From Auanema rhodensis (lineage: Eukaryota; Animalia; Nematoda), in contig OZ059896.1 of NCBI GenBank assembly GCA_964057225.1, positions 8,556,001 through 8,620,000 on the forward strand: a stretch of 64,000 nucleotides of DNA, written 5' to 3'. The translations under genes and the position numbers were made by a program. The notes under the pieces are model-generated. The model saw only the letters and a program-made list of their open reading frames with translations, did no database searches and was not told where the DNA came from. Below, one piece after another: positions 38,926-52,029 of this stretch (positions are counted from its first letter, which is position 1; each line of letters begins with the position of its first letter).

Positions 38926-41900
38926 TTATTTAGATGCGGCAGCAGTAGCTGTTTGAGTTGGATTAGTCGGTTGAGCTGGAGGTTCAGCAAATGGATCATC
39001 CTTAGTACCTTCCGAGACAATTGGAGCGATCATTTGAACGAATTCTTCATAATCAATCTAAATATAATATTTATAATAATTTATATAAATTTCAAAAAAA
39101 AAACCTGTTCATCTCCATCTTTATCAACTTCTTTAATAATCTCATCAACTTCTTCTTCTGTAAATTTTTCTCCCATAGTTGTCATAAAATGTTTAAATTC
39201 TTGAGCTGTTATAAAACCATTTCCATCTTTATCAAATACTCTGAAATAAACAATAATAATAATAAAAATAAATATTATTTGAACATACTTGAAAGCTAAT
39301 CGAATTAACTCTTGATCAGTTTCTTTATTCATTTCTTTCATCATTTTGCAAAATTCTCCGAAATCAATTTTTCCATTTCCATCAACATCATATTCATTGA
39401 CCATATTAAGTAATTCTTCTTCTGTTGGGTTGAGACCTAATGTTCTCATAGCGACCCCTAATTCTTTGATATTCATAGTACCATTTCCATCTTTGTCAAA
39501 CATCTAAAACACATTTTCGTTATTATTTTGAAGAATAAATGAGAAATCGTTGTTTTTAGTCAACCGTATGTGTGGTATATTGGTTCTTAAAAACGAAAAA
39601 CACTAATCTTGACCTTGAAAGCTTGAGCAAATTCCTGTAATTCCTCCTGAGTAAACTCTTCAACTTCCGAAGAAGCAGAATTATTGGTGTATTGACGATG
39701 CATTTCACGGTTTTGCCCTGGAGCTGAAATATGTTGAACGATAAGAATGGATCAATATAGTTTTAAGATTAAAAAAATATGAAAATAGAAGAAAAAGAAG
39801 AAGTAGAAGAAGAAGTAGAAGAAGATAACATGATTGTTTTGAAAAGAAAACAATGTTTCTTGTTTAGTTTATGAAAGAAACAAAAAAAAACGAAATGCTT
39901 GTAACTTCGAATGTAGAATGAAGATGACAAGATTTATATGCTGTGTTGAAGATCTAGTGTGTTTGCAGGAAGTAAAAGAAACTTAACAAAAAAAATTTTG
40001 GAAGCAGCATTTCGAAAAAATTGTTGGAAATATAAAAAAAAATTCATATTCTTTGAAAATAGACTTTGTGTTTCTGTTTTGCGTTAAATTTTCTTTCTCA
40101 TTTTCCATATTTCGACTAATTCAAAACATATGCGATGACTGAATGAGCTTTCATTGGAATGTGAAAAAGCTTAAATTCTAAACAAACTAAACGAAAACGA
40201 AAAATCTGAGCAAATAACTTTTTAGCTAATAGAATATAAAAAGGTATTAAAAGGAATAGTTTAAGAAAAGTTTAGAGAAAAAAAAAGAAAAATAATAAGT
40301 TTAAATGTAATAGATGACAAAAAGTGAAGAAAAAAGAACAAAATGAGATAAAGAGAGGTTATGAGAGGGAAAAAATAAAAGTTTAATAGGGATTGAGAGA
40401 AAAGAAGGAGGGATCTCCGACACTGTTTTCAGAAACTTCATTTACTTCAACAAAAAAAATCATAGCTTTCTCTTTCTTATCCTCGTTCTCTTTTTTTCTC
40501 TCTTTCTCTTTCTCTTTCTCTCTCTCTCTTTCAGAGTAATTTTATACGAGAGGAGAAATAAGTAGAGAATGAAATGTGAAAAATTGAACATAAGATATGA
40601 AGAAGTGTGAGGTGAAAGTATGAGAGAAACAGAATGAAAGGAATAAGTTGAACACATGTAATTGGAGATGGAGGTATAAAGAATGTTTGAAAAAAACGAA
40701 AAGTTTTTAAAACGGAAAGTCATCTAAGGCATATAGAAATGGGAGAAAAACAATGTTTGAAACGAAGATGAAGTATCCGATACCACTATTTGTCAGAAGA
40801 GTTTTACGAGCAAAATACTTAGAAAACATGTCAATTGATTGATGAAGTAAAAAATGAGTTAATTTGTGATTTTATATATTATATACTATATGTATTCTAT
40901 TATTTATTTTATTTTTTATTGTATTTTTATGATATAATTTGTATTTTTACTATACATATTAAAATTAATAATTAAGATTGTAGAAGTTATTTAAGAAGAG
41001 AAGTATAATTAAAGAAGATCTTTATGTAGTAACTTTATGGCAAAATATTTTAAAGTTTTTAGAATAAGAAATATGTTGAAAAGGAATAATAAAAGTCATT
41101 TTTATGTTCAAAGAATTGACAAATATATCATCTTCTTTAGCTAGATATAGATATATATGAATGAATGAGATAGATAGATAGATAGATTTGAGTTGTCGAT
41201 AAGATTCTACATGTTAAGCAAAATGATGGAAATGTTTCAAGTATTGAATGAGCAAAATAGAAATAGATGGATACTATAACTAGGAGAGAAAAAAAAACTT
41301 GAAATGCTTGACATGCTGAAATAGACAAAATAGGAATGAGATAAATGAAGAATGAAGTCTTTCACTTCAGAAAAATCTTCAAAAGAGAATTAAAACAAAA
41401 AAAAAGGAGAAACGAACACAATTCTTTCAAACAAATAGTGAAATCCTTGTGGTTGAGCTGTTTGGGTGGGGGGGGGGGGAATGAAGGTTAAGAACAGCTG
41501 CATGCCGCCTTGTGAAAGATGTCAGAGTTATTGAAGGGAAGACCTATGTCTTCCGGTTGAAGCATATCCGACAAGAAACCATACGAGTGCAAGACCAATA
41601 CGCTTTTATTTGAAAGAAATGGACGTTTTTCGGTAAAAAAAGAAGAAGAAGAGGTGAATCGACGATATCATTGTGGTGATTGATATATGATTAATGAATA
41701 AATTATAAAATAATTTAAATAAATAAATAAATATATATAAACTGTATAAAATTAATAAAAAATATATGTTTATATAGTATAATATTATATATCTTTCATG
41801 ATGTTTAATATAAAATTATTTTGTCCCAATAGATTGTGATAATAAATAAAAATGAACAGAAGGTGGTAGTAAACATCATTATTTCAACTTGCTTCGCCAG

Positions 41901-43263
41901 CTATAAGTCTCATTTCTACCATCTATTTCTCATAGATGATAAGTTCTCAAAAAAATGAGCAAATATCGATTGATAAAGATTCAATATTATAATGTTTTTT
42001 TCTAGAATATATTATAAATAAATATAAAAATAGAAAACTTACTAGAAAATATTTTAAAACTATATGATAGCTATAAAAAAAATTGTATCATGTGTATATA
42101 GTTTGATAATATTATAGCTAATATCTAATATAATATGATCAGATATATGTATTGAAACGAAAATATATAAAAGTGAATTTGATTTGAAAGTTGTAATTTA
42201 CTAATTATAATAATTAAAACATCACTATGTAGATGATATATGAATTTCTAATACTTGTTTGAATCAAATATCATAAATCTTCTAATATTTCAATTTTAAT
42301 TAAAGATTTCATACATATTATATGCTTATAATATACAAATTATGAACTAATATCATTCTTTTAAGTTGATTTTGACAGATTGTTTCCGAAAAATATTTGA
42401 AAAGAATTCAAATTCAGCACTTTGACATTGACAACGAGACGTTAAACTCTCAACACTATCACAGAAAATGACGTCAGGTGTCTCATCCTACTTGAAGCTC
42501 TAGTAGAGGATATACATAGCTTATTTTCCAGTTTATAACTAGAAATTCTAATTGTTATATATGTAAAAACTTATCAAAAACGTCAATCAGGTTTCAAAAA
42601 TGTGAGAAATCTGTCAATGACATCTTCAATACAAATAGATGGATGTAGAAGCGAAATATGATTTCTAAAATTATTATAATAATAAAAAAGGAAATAATTA
42701 TGAATTGAAGAAGCCTATAATACCTAAAGTTAATCGTTTTTTTTACGAAGATGTGAATAGTAATATTATTATTACATATTATAGTTGTTTTTAAAGAAAA
42801 ATTGAGCAAAAACATCCATAATGAGGAAAGAAAAGGAATTGTATTACAATTAGAATGAGAAAATGCCTCGGTTTTGAACGATAATAAAGATAATTTTAAT
42901 GCGAAGAAACGAATAAAGTATAGAATCGAAAAAATAAAATATTTGAATATTAAATTTTATTTTCGAATTTTAAAAAAATGAATGCAAAAAGGAAATACAA
43001 CCACTCATGGAAGCATTCAAAAATCAAATGTCCTTATTGCTTTACGTAAATTTTTCACGTAATTTCAGGATAATGTGGGTGAAATGTGTTCAATGAAAAC
43101 CATTAAACACAAAAAATGAGTGGAAAAAAAATTTTTTAGAATGACATTTAACTGACCTAGACTATTGGGATCGGTAATGGCTGACTGAAAAACACCAACA
43201 ACGTGTACACAGGTTCCTTTAGCTAAGATAGGCTGTGGAGCTTCGATAGCGGGAACGTTACCA
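38926..43263 (-). CDS. cal-4: Calmodulin-like four-EF-hand protein, common exons (about 43157-43263, 39614-39723, 39288-39503, 39105-39240, 38926-39057)
   Basis: [95 protein letters not shown]...[16 protein letters not shown]...[13 protein letters not shown]. This matches my recollection of C. elegans CAL-4; the symbol is from recall. Exon 43157-43263 is open and enters in phase 2 and exits in phase 1. Confidence 0.85.
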
Positions 43264-46061
43264 CTGAAAACAATAAAAGTGTTTAAAGCAAAGAATAAAT
43301 AGTAAGTAAGTAAGTAAGTCAGCTAGTCAGTCAGTAGTAATAGAGTAATTGACAATTCATGTTTGTTTCATTTTTTTCTTAAAAGAAAAAAAATAAAAAA
43401 GAAAAGAAAAAAGACAAAAAGTAAAGATGAAACGACAACAAACATGTGTTTAAACAATATCTATCATCGTTCTACTACTATTCATTCGTCGTTCGTTAGT
43501 ATATCAAATAACTTTCATTCATCTCTCATGTATTTTGTTATCTTTTGTCAGGAACATTTTTTTTTTATTTTCCCCGAACAAACTAAGCTGTTGTTGTTCA
43601 TCGTGATTCAAGATAATAATTATTGAAATAACATAAGTTCTCTGACAGAATATATATCAAAGTATTCACGCTCAAACTTAGGTCATATTAAGTTCATATA
43701 TAGAATTAAGTTTAAATCAAAAGAAATATATTTTAATTTTATAAAAACAAAACAAAATTTTAAACATTTTCAAATATGTTTATAGACATGAATATACATA
43801 GAAATGTTATTTTATTTCTATATATGTATATGTAGTTAAATAACTAATTATTCTATTAAATATGTCATTTAATAGTTAAATGTTTAAGATTTTTGAAATA
43901 TGTGAGTGACAACACGACTGCCAACTTCTTGTAATTAAGATATATAAATGAGTAGCATAATGGATATGTTATAGTAAAAATAAGAATAAAATGAGTAACT
44001 TAAAGTGAAACATGGCAAGAAAAAACTTTTTTTTATGGTAATAATAAATATTTAATTAACTAAATTTAAATTATATTTATAGAATGTTAATTCACTTTCT
44101 CTCATTTGTTTATATTATTTGTAAATAATATAAATAAATATTTATATGTATATTATGTGGATTTAATTTAAGAGCAGATTAATCATAAATATTATTTCAT
44201 TTTTTTTTTTTTTTTGGTTTTTTTTCATATATTTTCAACAAAAATTGATATACCTATAGGATCATATATACACATATACATATGTACATGTACATACATA
44301 CATATATGATATATTTATAAAATAAAATTAACTTAAATTGGCTTTTAAAGTAAAATTATAATAACATTAGCTTATATACGCTGAAAAGTCTTTTACTAGC
44401 TTCTCACAAAATTGAGATGAAGATGAAATTTCTGATGACAAAGCCAGCAGATAGAATGAAGACGACACAATGAATGATCCTCAGAACATGACCTTTATCT
44501 AATCTCTGATTTTGAAGCATTTTTTGTGAGGAAAAAAAATAATTTTAAAGCCCATTAGCCAATCACACATTTTTGTTTTTTTTTTTGAAGTTGACTGAAC
44601 AACTACGAATATATATTTATAATATTTGTCAGATGAAGTTAAAGATAAACTGAAGATTGTTGAGAGAAGACTATTTAAAACGACTAAAAGTAAATTGAGT
44701 ATTCATGTATTCATTGAATTTTATGTATATCTTTTGGTTCTGTTTTAGATTCCATTTCTTCACAAAGATTATTATGCATTTTTTTTATTTCAAGACATTT
44801 GCAATGATAATAAAAATAGTTTTTAACTAATGTTAAGATCAAAATCTCTTGAAATATTATGAACTACAAACTTGCTGTTATAACGAAAATTTTAGAATTT
44901 TTGATTGTAATAATAGAATTTATGAAAAAAAACTTTTCAATAAACTCGAAGAGATTAAATTTGAGAATTTCTTTTTGACTACTCATCAAAACTCTTTTCT
45001 TTTTCTCTTTTCTCCCATCTTCATCATCATCATCCATGTCCACAGGCTACATACATACATTAAAGATTTGTGAGTGTGTAAAACTGAATAAGGATAACCC
45101 AAACGAACAATAATAACTTTTTTTTCTTTAAAATTTTCTTATTTTAGTATAATAAATATAATAATTTTCATATATAAAATTTTTTTTTTCATGTTTTTCT
45201 ATTTAAATTGTATGAAATTGAAGTCGTCTAATCGGGATAACAAGATCAATCAAATCTTTTTTTCTCACGGTTTTCATGAACTTGACTGAAACTTAAGAAG
45301 TTCGCAAGTCCTAAGATTTTGTAGTTCAAAATTAATAAAAATGGATCGAAAACAGTAAAATTGATGAAAATTTTCGTTTTATTTATTAAAAATAACGTCA
45401 ATACTTAGTGCAGTAAACTATGAATGAACAAGAATCAAAATTTAAAAGTTTGATGAAGGAAATAGCAAACTTTGTGTGGGGAATGATGTAAGTTGTCATC
45501 TGTATATCCAAAAATTGACATTTTTAGATGAATTTTTCATCAAATGCAATATGTAATGAGTAATATAATGAAATTTTGAATAAAACATACAGGATCAAAC
45601 GATCTTTCTTCAGGATAATCTCACAGATATTATACAACATAATTTCCAAATAATATATGTTTATTCGGTGAAAAAAAACAAAATGAAAATTTTTGTCTTT
45701 TTCTTTTTCCTTTTTAAAGCAAAAAAACAAAAGAAGTTTGCAGTCATTTGACTCTTTGTAATTGCATCTTTTCTCTCTACATATCATTAAATAAATCCAC
45801 AAATGACACCACTTACTTGCTACAAATTGGTTTCCTCATAAAGTTTCTTATTCTTCTAACTAATTTTTTGTGGCTATTTTCTCAAAAATTATTTGTAAAA
45901 TGCAAATAGAATTATTAAAAATTGATTTTTTCATTTCACAAAGTTTAGGAATTCTAAAACTACAAAACGGTGTTAAAAATAGAAAAGAATTCACGACTAC
46001 TATATCATATTTTCATTATTCCACGACAAGATATAGTTTTGATAAAACCTTATTAACTAAC

Positions 46062-46120
46062 CGAGAACGAAAACCACGTCTGGTGGGTCCACGACGATTG
46101 ATAGGGTCACGTTTCAACAT
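46062..46120 (-). CDS. Candidate alternative first coding exon A of the calmodulin-like gene
   Basis: MLKRDPINRRGPTRRGFRS + CG|GTTAGT. Phase-2 donor compatible with exon 43157-43263. GC-rich island in AT-rich sequence. Confidence 0.6.
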
Positions 46121-46634
46121 CGTTGAAAACACAGTCAAAAATGGTCAGAGCTGGAGCTTCATAAGGATCTGTTAGCTCTAGTCGTCCCAGGCTTTCACAT
46201 GCTTTTACTCCCTCCCTTTTTTCCTCCCCCCACACCACTCTCTTGCTTTCTCTGTCTTGCTCTCTCTCTCTTCTATCTCTCACATTCTGTCTTTCTACTC
46301 CTTTCGTTGTTTCATTTTCTTTTTTTCTCTTTCATTTACCCCTTTCTTTTTTGACTCTTGAGAGACTGAAACCCCGCCTTTTTCGTATTTCTTAGGCTAC
46401 CTCCTTGCTTTTTGGTGGGTGGCTTATATGTCTGATGGCTTTGCCCACCAGCAAAAAAGGAAAATGAAGGGATTGTCCCAAGATAGACAAAAAAAGTTCG
46501 AAAAGCTTTATCATTTTCGAGAATACTCCATAGCGACGCGAAACAACCTTAATTGACCCTATACATCAAGCCCAACATAAAAATCTGATTTTTGAATTTT
46601 TAACCAAAAAAACACTTAGTTCACAGAATAATGT

Positions 46635-46704
46635 GGGGAGTTGGCCTAACTGGTAAACGCCTATGTATAAAGGAGTTGGCTAAGGTTCGAATCCCAGTAA
46701 GTCC
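46635..46704 (+). promoter_or_regulatory. Pseudo-tRNA leader (Pol III A and B boxes) in front of snoRNA copy 1
   Basis: A box TGGCCTAACTGG (46642-46653) and B box GGTTCGAATCCC (46684-46695) at tRNA spacing. D, T and acceptor stems are mismatched, so this is not a functional tRNA. Confidence 0.75.
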
Positions 46705-46778
46705 GCCCGTTGATGACAAAGCATAACCACCGAGATATCTGAGTACTGATTAGTCAACATGCAACACCAACTGAGGGC
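46705..46778 (+). ncRNA. Box C/D snoRNA copy 1 (probable SNORD33/snR55-type 18S guide)
   Basis: Terminal stem GCCC/GGGC, box C TGATGA at 46711, D' CTGA at 46739, C' TGATTA at 46747, D CTGA at 46771, T5 at 46782. The D guide CATGCAACACCAA is 12/13 complementary to the conserved 18S sequence UUGGUGGUGCAUG as I recall it. Confidence 0.85.
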
Positions 46779-46880
46779 CTCTTTTTGGAAGGTTTTTTAC
46801 ATTTTTAAACCTCTTATAACAACAAAAAGATATTTTGTTTCGTATAGACCTTGATTAGGTGATTACAGTTTGTAAATCTT

Positions 46881-46949
46881 GCTTGCTGTATAGCAACGGA
46901 GCAAGTGTTCCGATCACGAGCAGGAGTTAGTAGTTCGAATCCCACTAAC
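46881..46949 (+). promoter_or_regulatory. Second-type tRNA-like leader in front of snoRNA copy 2
   Basis: B box AGTTCGAATCCC flanked by GTTAGT/ACTAAC complementarity. The A box is weak (TAGCAACGG). Confidence 0.55.
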
Positions 46950-47023
46950 GCCCGTTGATGACAAAGCATAACCACCGAGATATCTGAGTACTGATTAGTC
47001 AACATGCAACACCAACTGAGGGC
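46950..47023 (+). ncRNA. Box C/D snoRNA copy 2
   Basis: Identical to copy 1 (offset 245 bp), including the T5 run and about 20 nt of downstream flank. Confidence 0.85.
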
Positions 47024-47574
47024 CTCTTTTTGGAAGGTTTTTTACATTTTTAATTTTTATTTTAAAATAACAGTAGTGTAGCAGACTTCCGGTTAAATAA
47101 TATTGTTCTTTCTATTTCACCTTTCTTGTTACATGAGCTTCTTAGTGTTTGATACGTCTGAGGTTAGAGATTCAATATATCCACGGATCTCTTTCTATCC
47201 TTTTCTTTCTCTGAACAACTATGTTAGCAGAGAGAAGTTTGAAAATTTCATCAAATAATTCAAATATTTACTTCAAACTTTCAGTTCAAGGACACATGAG
47301 ATCCATAATTCGTCCAAAGAAGCAATTCCAAAGAAAAATAGATTGATTCTAGCAAAGATTTTTAATAATTATTCAAATGAATACATTGAAATATATTATT
47401 TCTTCCATTTGTAAATGTTTTAAAGTCTTTTTAAATCTTTGAAAATCATAAAAAGTATTTTGAATCGTATTGACCTTCATTAGGTGAGTAGAGTTTATCG
47501 TCTTTGGTTGCTGTATAGCAGGGGGGCAAGTGTTCCGTTCACGAGCAGGAGTTTGTAGTACGAACCCCGCCAAC

Positions 47575-47648
47575 GCCCGTTGATGACAAAGCATAACCAC
47601 CGAGATATCTGAGTACTGATTATTCAACATGCAACACCAACTGAGGGC
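47575..47648 (+). ncRNA. Box C/D snoRNA copy 3
   Basis: Differs from copy 1 by one base (TAGTC to TATTC just after C'). The upstream ~125 nt are a diverged homolog of the copy 2 leader, with B-box-like AGTACGAACCCC. Confidence 0.82.
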
Positions 47649-48116
47649 CTCTTTTTGGAATTTTTTTATTTAAAAGAAAAGATTTTTAATTTTCAAATTA
47701 AAATAATAATAATAGTGTCACAGATATGTGACAGACTTTAAAAACGTAAATGTTTTTAATTTAAAACATTTTCCCCAGTAACGTATAGTATATGATATTT
47801 GATCTTTTTTTTATTATAATTGAAAAACCTTTAATCAAAAAAATGATGTTTTTTCACATAAAATTAGTCTCAAAGCTGTTTATGTCATTTTTACTATTCA
47901 AAAATGAAGAGATAACAACCGTTCGATAATCTCCTAATGTTAAAATAACAATAAAGCCTCCCACGTAGTATGCATAAAATTCATATCTCACGTAAATGAC
48001 GTGACATTGTTGAATAAATGAAATAACAATTAAAGGGAGGAAAAATATAGCTTCAAGAGTAATAATTTGGAGAACTGATACTACAAACATTAAACGTTTT
48101 GAAATTGAAAACTTAC

Positions 48117-48211
48117 TTTGGATTTTCTATTTGCATGTTTTTTCTAGCAAAAACACTAAAAGATTCGTCTATCTGTCGTTGTCGTGATCGCGTCGACCGA
48201 CGAAGACGCAT
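48117..48211 (-). CDS. Candidate alternative first coding exon B of the calmodulin-like gene
   Basis: TTTTAG|AAG ATG, then MRLRRSTRSRQRQIDESFSVFARKNMQIENP + AA|GTAAGT. Phase-2 donor with a perfect consensus. Confidence 0.62.
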
Positions 48212-51200
48212 CTTCTAAAAATTAAAAACAAATAAATAACATTTATATTGAATATGTTTTTCTTCGTATTTTTTTGAAATTTTAAATTTGGAACAAAATT
48301 TTTGAAACATTTGCTATTCACACTTGATAATTCTATCTGAATTTGAAGTATACGAAACAAAACTTTGTTAAAACTTTGTAATATGATTATATATAAAATA
48401 AATTTTTTTCAACGTCAGGAATAATATAAGTGAAAACAAAAACTGTTTCGTGAGGAAGTTTTTCTATAATTGTTTGAAAACAATCAGCATAATGTTTAGA
48501 TTTATAGATCAAGAATTACCTTTAAAATGAAATCCAGATTGAATATTTTCTTAATTGCTCATCTCTTGTTCCATTTCTACAAAACTAATAATTATCAAAA
48601 TATGATAAATATATAAGTTTAATGAAATCAAATCAACAAAAAAAAATATTTTCTTATGAAAAAAAAAATACAAAAACAACAAAACATAACTATAAATTGA
48701 ATAAATATCAATTGGGCAAATGATAAATTATATTGTGAATATATGGTTTTTTCAACATAAAACTTTATGAATCAATGGAAAAAATAAAATAAAAAATGAA
48801 ATAATACTAAAAAGAAAAATGAGTTAAAATGATAAATGATTTGAATTAATCGTCAGAAATGGATCAGATGACGTAAATGGAAATTATACATTATGTAACA
48901 ACATATGCACATGTGCATAGATGCTTTGAATATTTCTATATATAAACTAGAATTTTAGTTTAGTAAATAAAATAAATTATTATTTTAATAATATTAGGAA
49001 TTATATTATTATTTATAATTAAAGAAAAATTTATATGTATAAAGAATGATGTATGTTTCACAAAATTTATAAGAAAAAATACTAAAAATTATAAAATATT
49101 CTTCAAGCTAAGCATCGATCATGTTCGAGAATCATCTCTATTGTCAATTTATTCTTATTTTGATTATTATCGTATAATAATTCAAATAAATCTAAACTAT
49201 ATAGTATATATTTATATATAATATTATTAAAATAAACTGACAAAAGTCAAAAATTATGAAAATAAACGAATGGAAATTGAATAAACAGACATGACTACTT
49301 GAGAAGAAGAAGCAAAAAAATGATAGAGAAGATAAAAACAAAAATCGTTTTGGCAGTTTTAGTTTCTGTTTTCTTTGACAAAATCAAGACAGAAATTCGT
49401 ATGTATCAGATTATATGAAAGTTAACTGACAACAGATTAACTGTTATTTTAAACAATTTTAAGAATAAAAACGATAAATGTGATTGATGTTTGATTCTGA
49501 AATTCAGAAAGAAAACAATTTTTTTCAACCAGGATGACGTCGCAGAGAGATCTGTGGATTCGGACTGAACACGCAGATTAGATTTTTGTCTTTAGGGACA
49601 TACTTCTTCATTTTTAGAGATACAATGCATCATAGAAAAGAGTAAGGATAAAATGGAGTGTAGAGATAAAGTGTATGAGAAGATAAAGAAACTAAGAAGA
49701 TAAAGAGATGAATAGAATGAAGAAAAAGAGATATGTATATGGATGGTTGAAGCGGAAGAGGAAGATACGAGAAGATGAGCAAAATGAAGTTCACAAGAAA
49801 AGAAAAAGGAAGAAAGAGTGAAGAACAAAGCAATGAAACTACTTTAAGTGCATCTAAAGCGAAAATTGAAACATTTTTGGCAGAATGAAGCTTAAGCTTC
49901 GACAGCTATTTTGAGAAGTAATGAGATTCTAAGAAGAGGAACGTAGTTGATATGTGATAAGGAGCGAAAAACATAATTATAATATCTAAAAGAAAAAGAA
50001 GATATATAGATAAATTTTGAAGACAAAAATAAAAGAATACAGAAGAAAATAAGTGGGTTTTCAGGAAATTTGTATACATCTTCTCTCTCAATTTACTTGA
50101 AAGTAATGGTCAATTGCGATAAAATAGAAAGAAATTTAGGATACTTTGAAAGAAAAACATACTATAGTATATGTATACTACTTTACATAGTATGTACATA
50201 ATATATAAAGAAATCATAATATGAATTATGATGATTTATGTATAAAAAAGTTTAAAAAATCAGAAAAGATTCAGAAAATATAACTTGAAAGACAAAAGTT
50301 TCAGCTTTTATCCTTTTTTTTTATTAAAATGATGTCAATTAGAATAAAGTTCAAGAAATTTGACATAAACGGCTAAAAGATCATCGAGCTCACATGTCAA
50401 AGAAAATTCTAAATCTATGAAGAAATTCCAGGCAATTTCTATAAATATAGAAACTATATATATATATATATATATATAATCTTGTTAATATCATGATAAT
50501 AATGAGAAAAATGAAAAACACAATGAGAAGCAATTGTAAGTATGTATGTTATTTCTTGTAGATAAGTTCAGTTGAACGACGTTTCTCGTTTATGTGATGC
50601 CTTCTCTATTACTTCGAGCAGTTTTTTTTCACCAAAAGGTTTTTCAAGTTGTAGCAAGTTGTGAACATTGTACTACTAAGTAGAGTAATTAGCATTCGTC
50701 GACAGAACATTTTCAAGCCTTTTGTGAAAGAAAGAAAGGACGATTTTCGCATAATAAATAAATGAAATTAAGGGAATATCCAGATGCTAAAAGAAATATT
50801 CATTAGACGAATCTATTGAATTGGATAAATGATAAAAACCTTCATAAATAATGACAAAAAAGTATTTTGAATAGGATTATAACAACTTTAATTGAAATTA
50901 GAGTAAAAGAATTAATCTAATAAATGAGAGGGAGTAGTATGTGAAGTGAGGTAGGTGGTGGTGAGGGGGGGGGATAAGATGGGGGGAGAGAAAAAGTAGA
51001 GCGAAAAGTTCAATTATGAGTATAAAATAGTTTCAAATAGAAAATTCAGATAAAGCGATAGAAAGTTTATATGAATGAAAATTATTCACATATTTCTAAC
51101 AACAGAAAACATCATAAACTTCTCTTTTTCATCATTGAAATGAATGAAGCTTGAGAGGACCAATATTACGTATATTCTGATGAATGAAGCAACATGTCTC

Positions 51201-51917
51201 TTCTCGTTTTTGTCTTTCCTTCTATATTCTCTCATTCGTTTCTTCCTTCTATTCGTCCAATATTCCGAATAAAAGTTTTATGTGACGAAAAGAGTTCTAG
51301 TGGCACTAACGACTGAACGCAACAAACTTGAAAGCCAGATGTATTGACTCTCAGATTTCAATATTCGTCTATTTTCTTGTAATTATTAAGAAATGAATAA
51401 GATGTGAATTGAAAAGTTTGAATAATCATCGTATTCAAAAAGTTTTTTTTAGTTAATTTATAAAATTTTTATATATATATAGAATTATAATTATAATTAT
51501 ATAAACATAAAAGTTATATAAAAAGAAAAAAAAATTGAAAAAGATAATGCTAAAGCTTGTTAAGTTAGTTCAAGATTAGTATGAAAACAAGCGTGGAAAC
51601 ACAATGTCCCTGGTGACAACTATTAAGATGACAATGATATCGTCTTCAGCGACACAAAAAAAAGAAAAAGGAAGAAGCTCAGCTGTAAATGAACAATACT
51701 TTCTTTGTTTGTTTATTTGTTGTTTTACAAATTTCTTTTTCTTCTAAACATATATCACTGTTGGTTTCAAAAACTATATTCTGAAAAGAATATATATCTT
51801 GAATTATTAAAAAATATATAAATAATAAAATTATATATATATATTTTTTAATTTTGAATAATTTAAGACATACTTCTTCATCATTTGAACAAATTTGTAT
51901 CTAATTTTAGAAGGGAA

Positions 51918-51987
51918 AGAGAGGGAGAGAGAGGGAGAGAGAGAGAGAGAGAGGGAGAGAGAGGGAGAGAGAGAGAGAGAGAGAGAG

Positions 51988-52029
<42 letters not shown>

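Noticed and set aside
46635-46705. Functional tRNA gene
   Set aside because: A and B boxes are present, but the D, anticodon, T and acceptor stems do not pair properly.
46727-46736. D' guide CCACCGAGAT matching the tRNA-Gln 3' arm (ATCTCGGTGG)
   Set aside because: Only 10 nt, from recalled sequence, not paired up to the D' box, and in a highly structured target. Probably coincidental.
46814-47630. Paralogous minus-strand ORFs 46814-47005 and 47373-47630 (MLxNQYSDISVVMLCHQRAL...)
   Set aside because: They are the antisense reading of the duplicated leader-snoRNA units, with no splice or protein-family support.
46635-47656. Three-copy repeat read as a CRISPR array or plain SINE
   Set aside because: The context is eukaryotic, the units are 74 nt with irregular spacing, and no cas genes are present. 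A complete C/D'/C'/D box set and an rRNA-like guide favour snoRNA. A SINE origin is not formally excluded without a genome-wide count.
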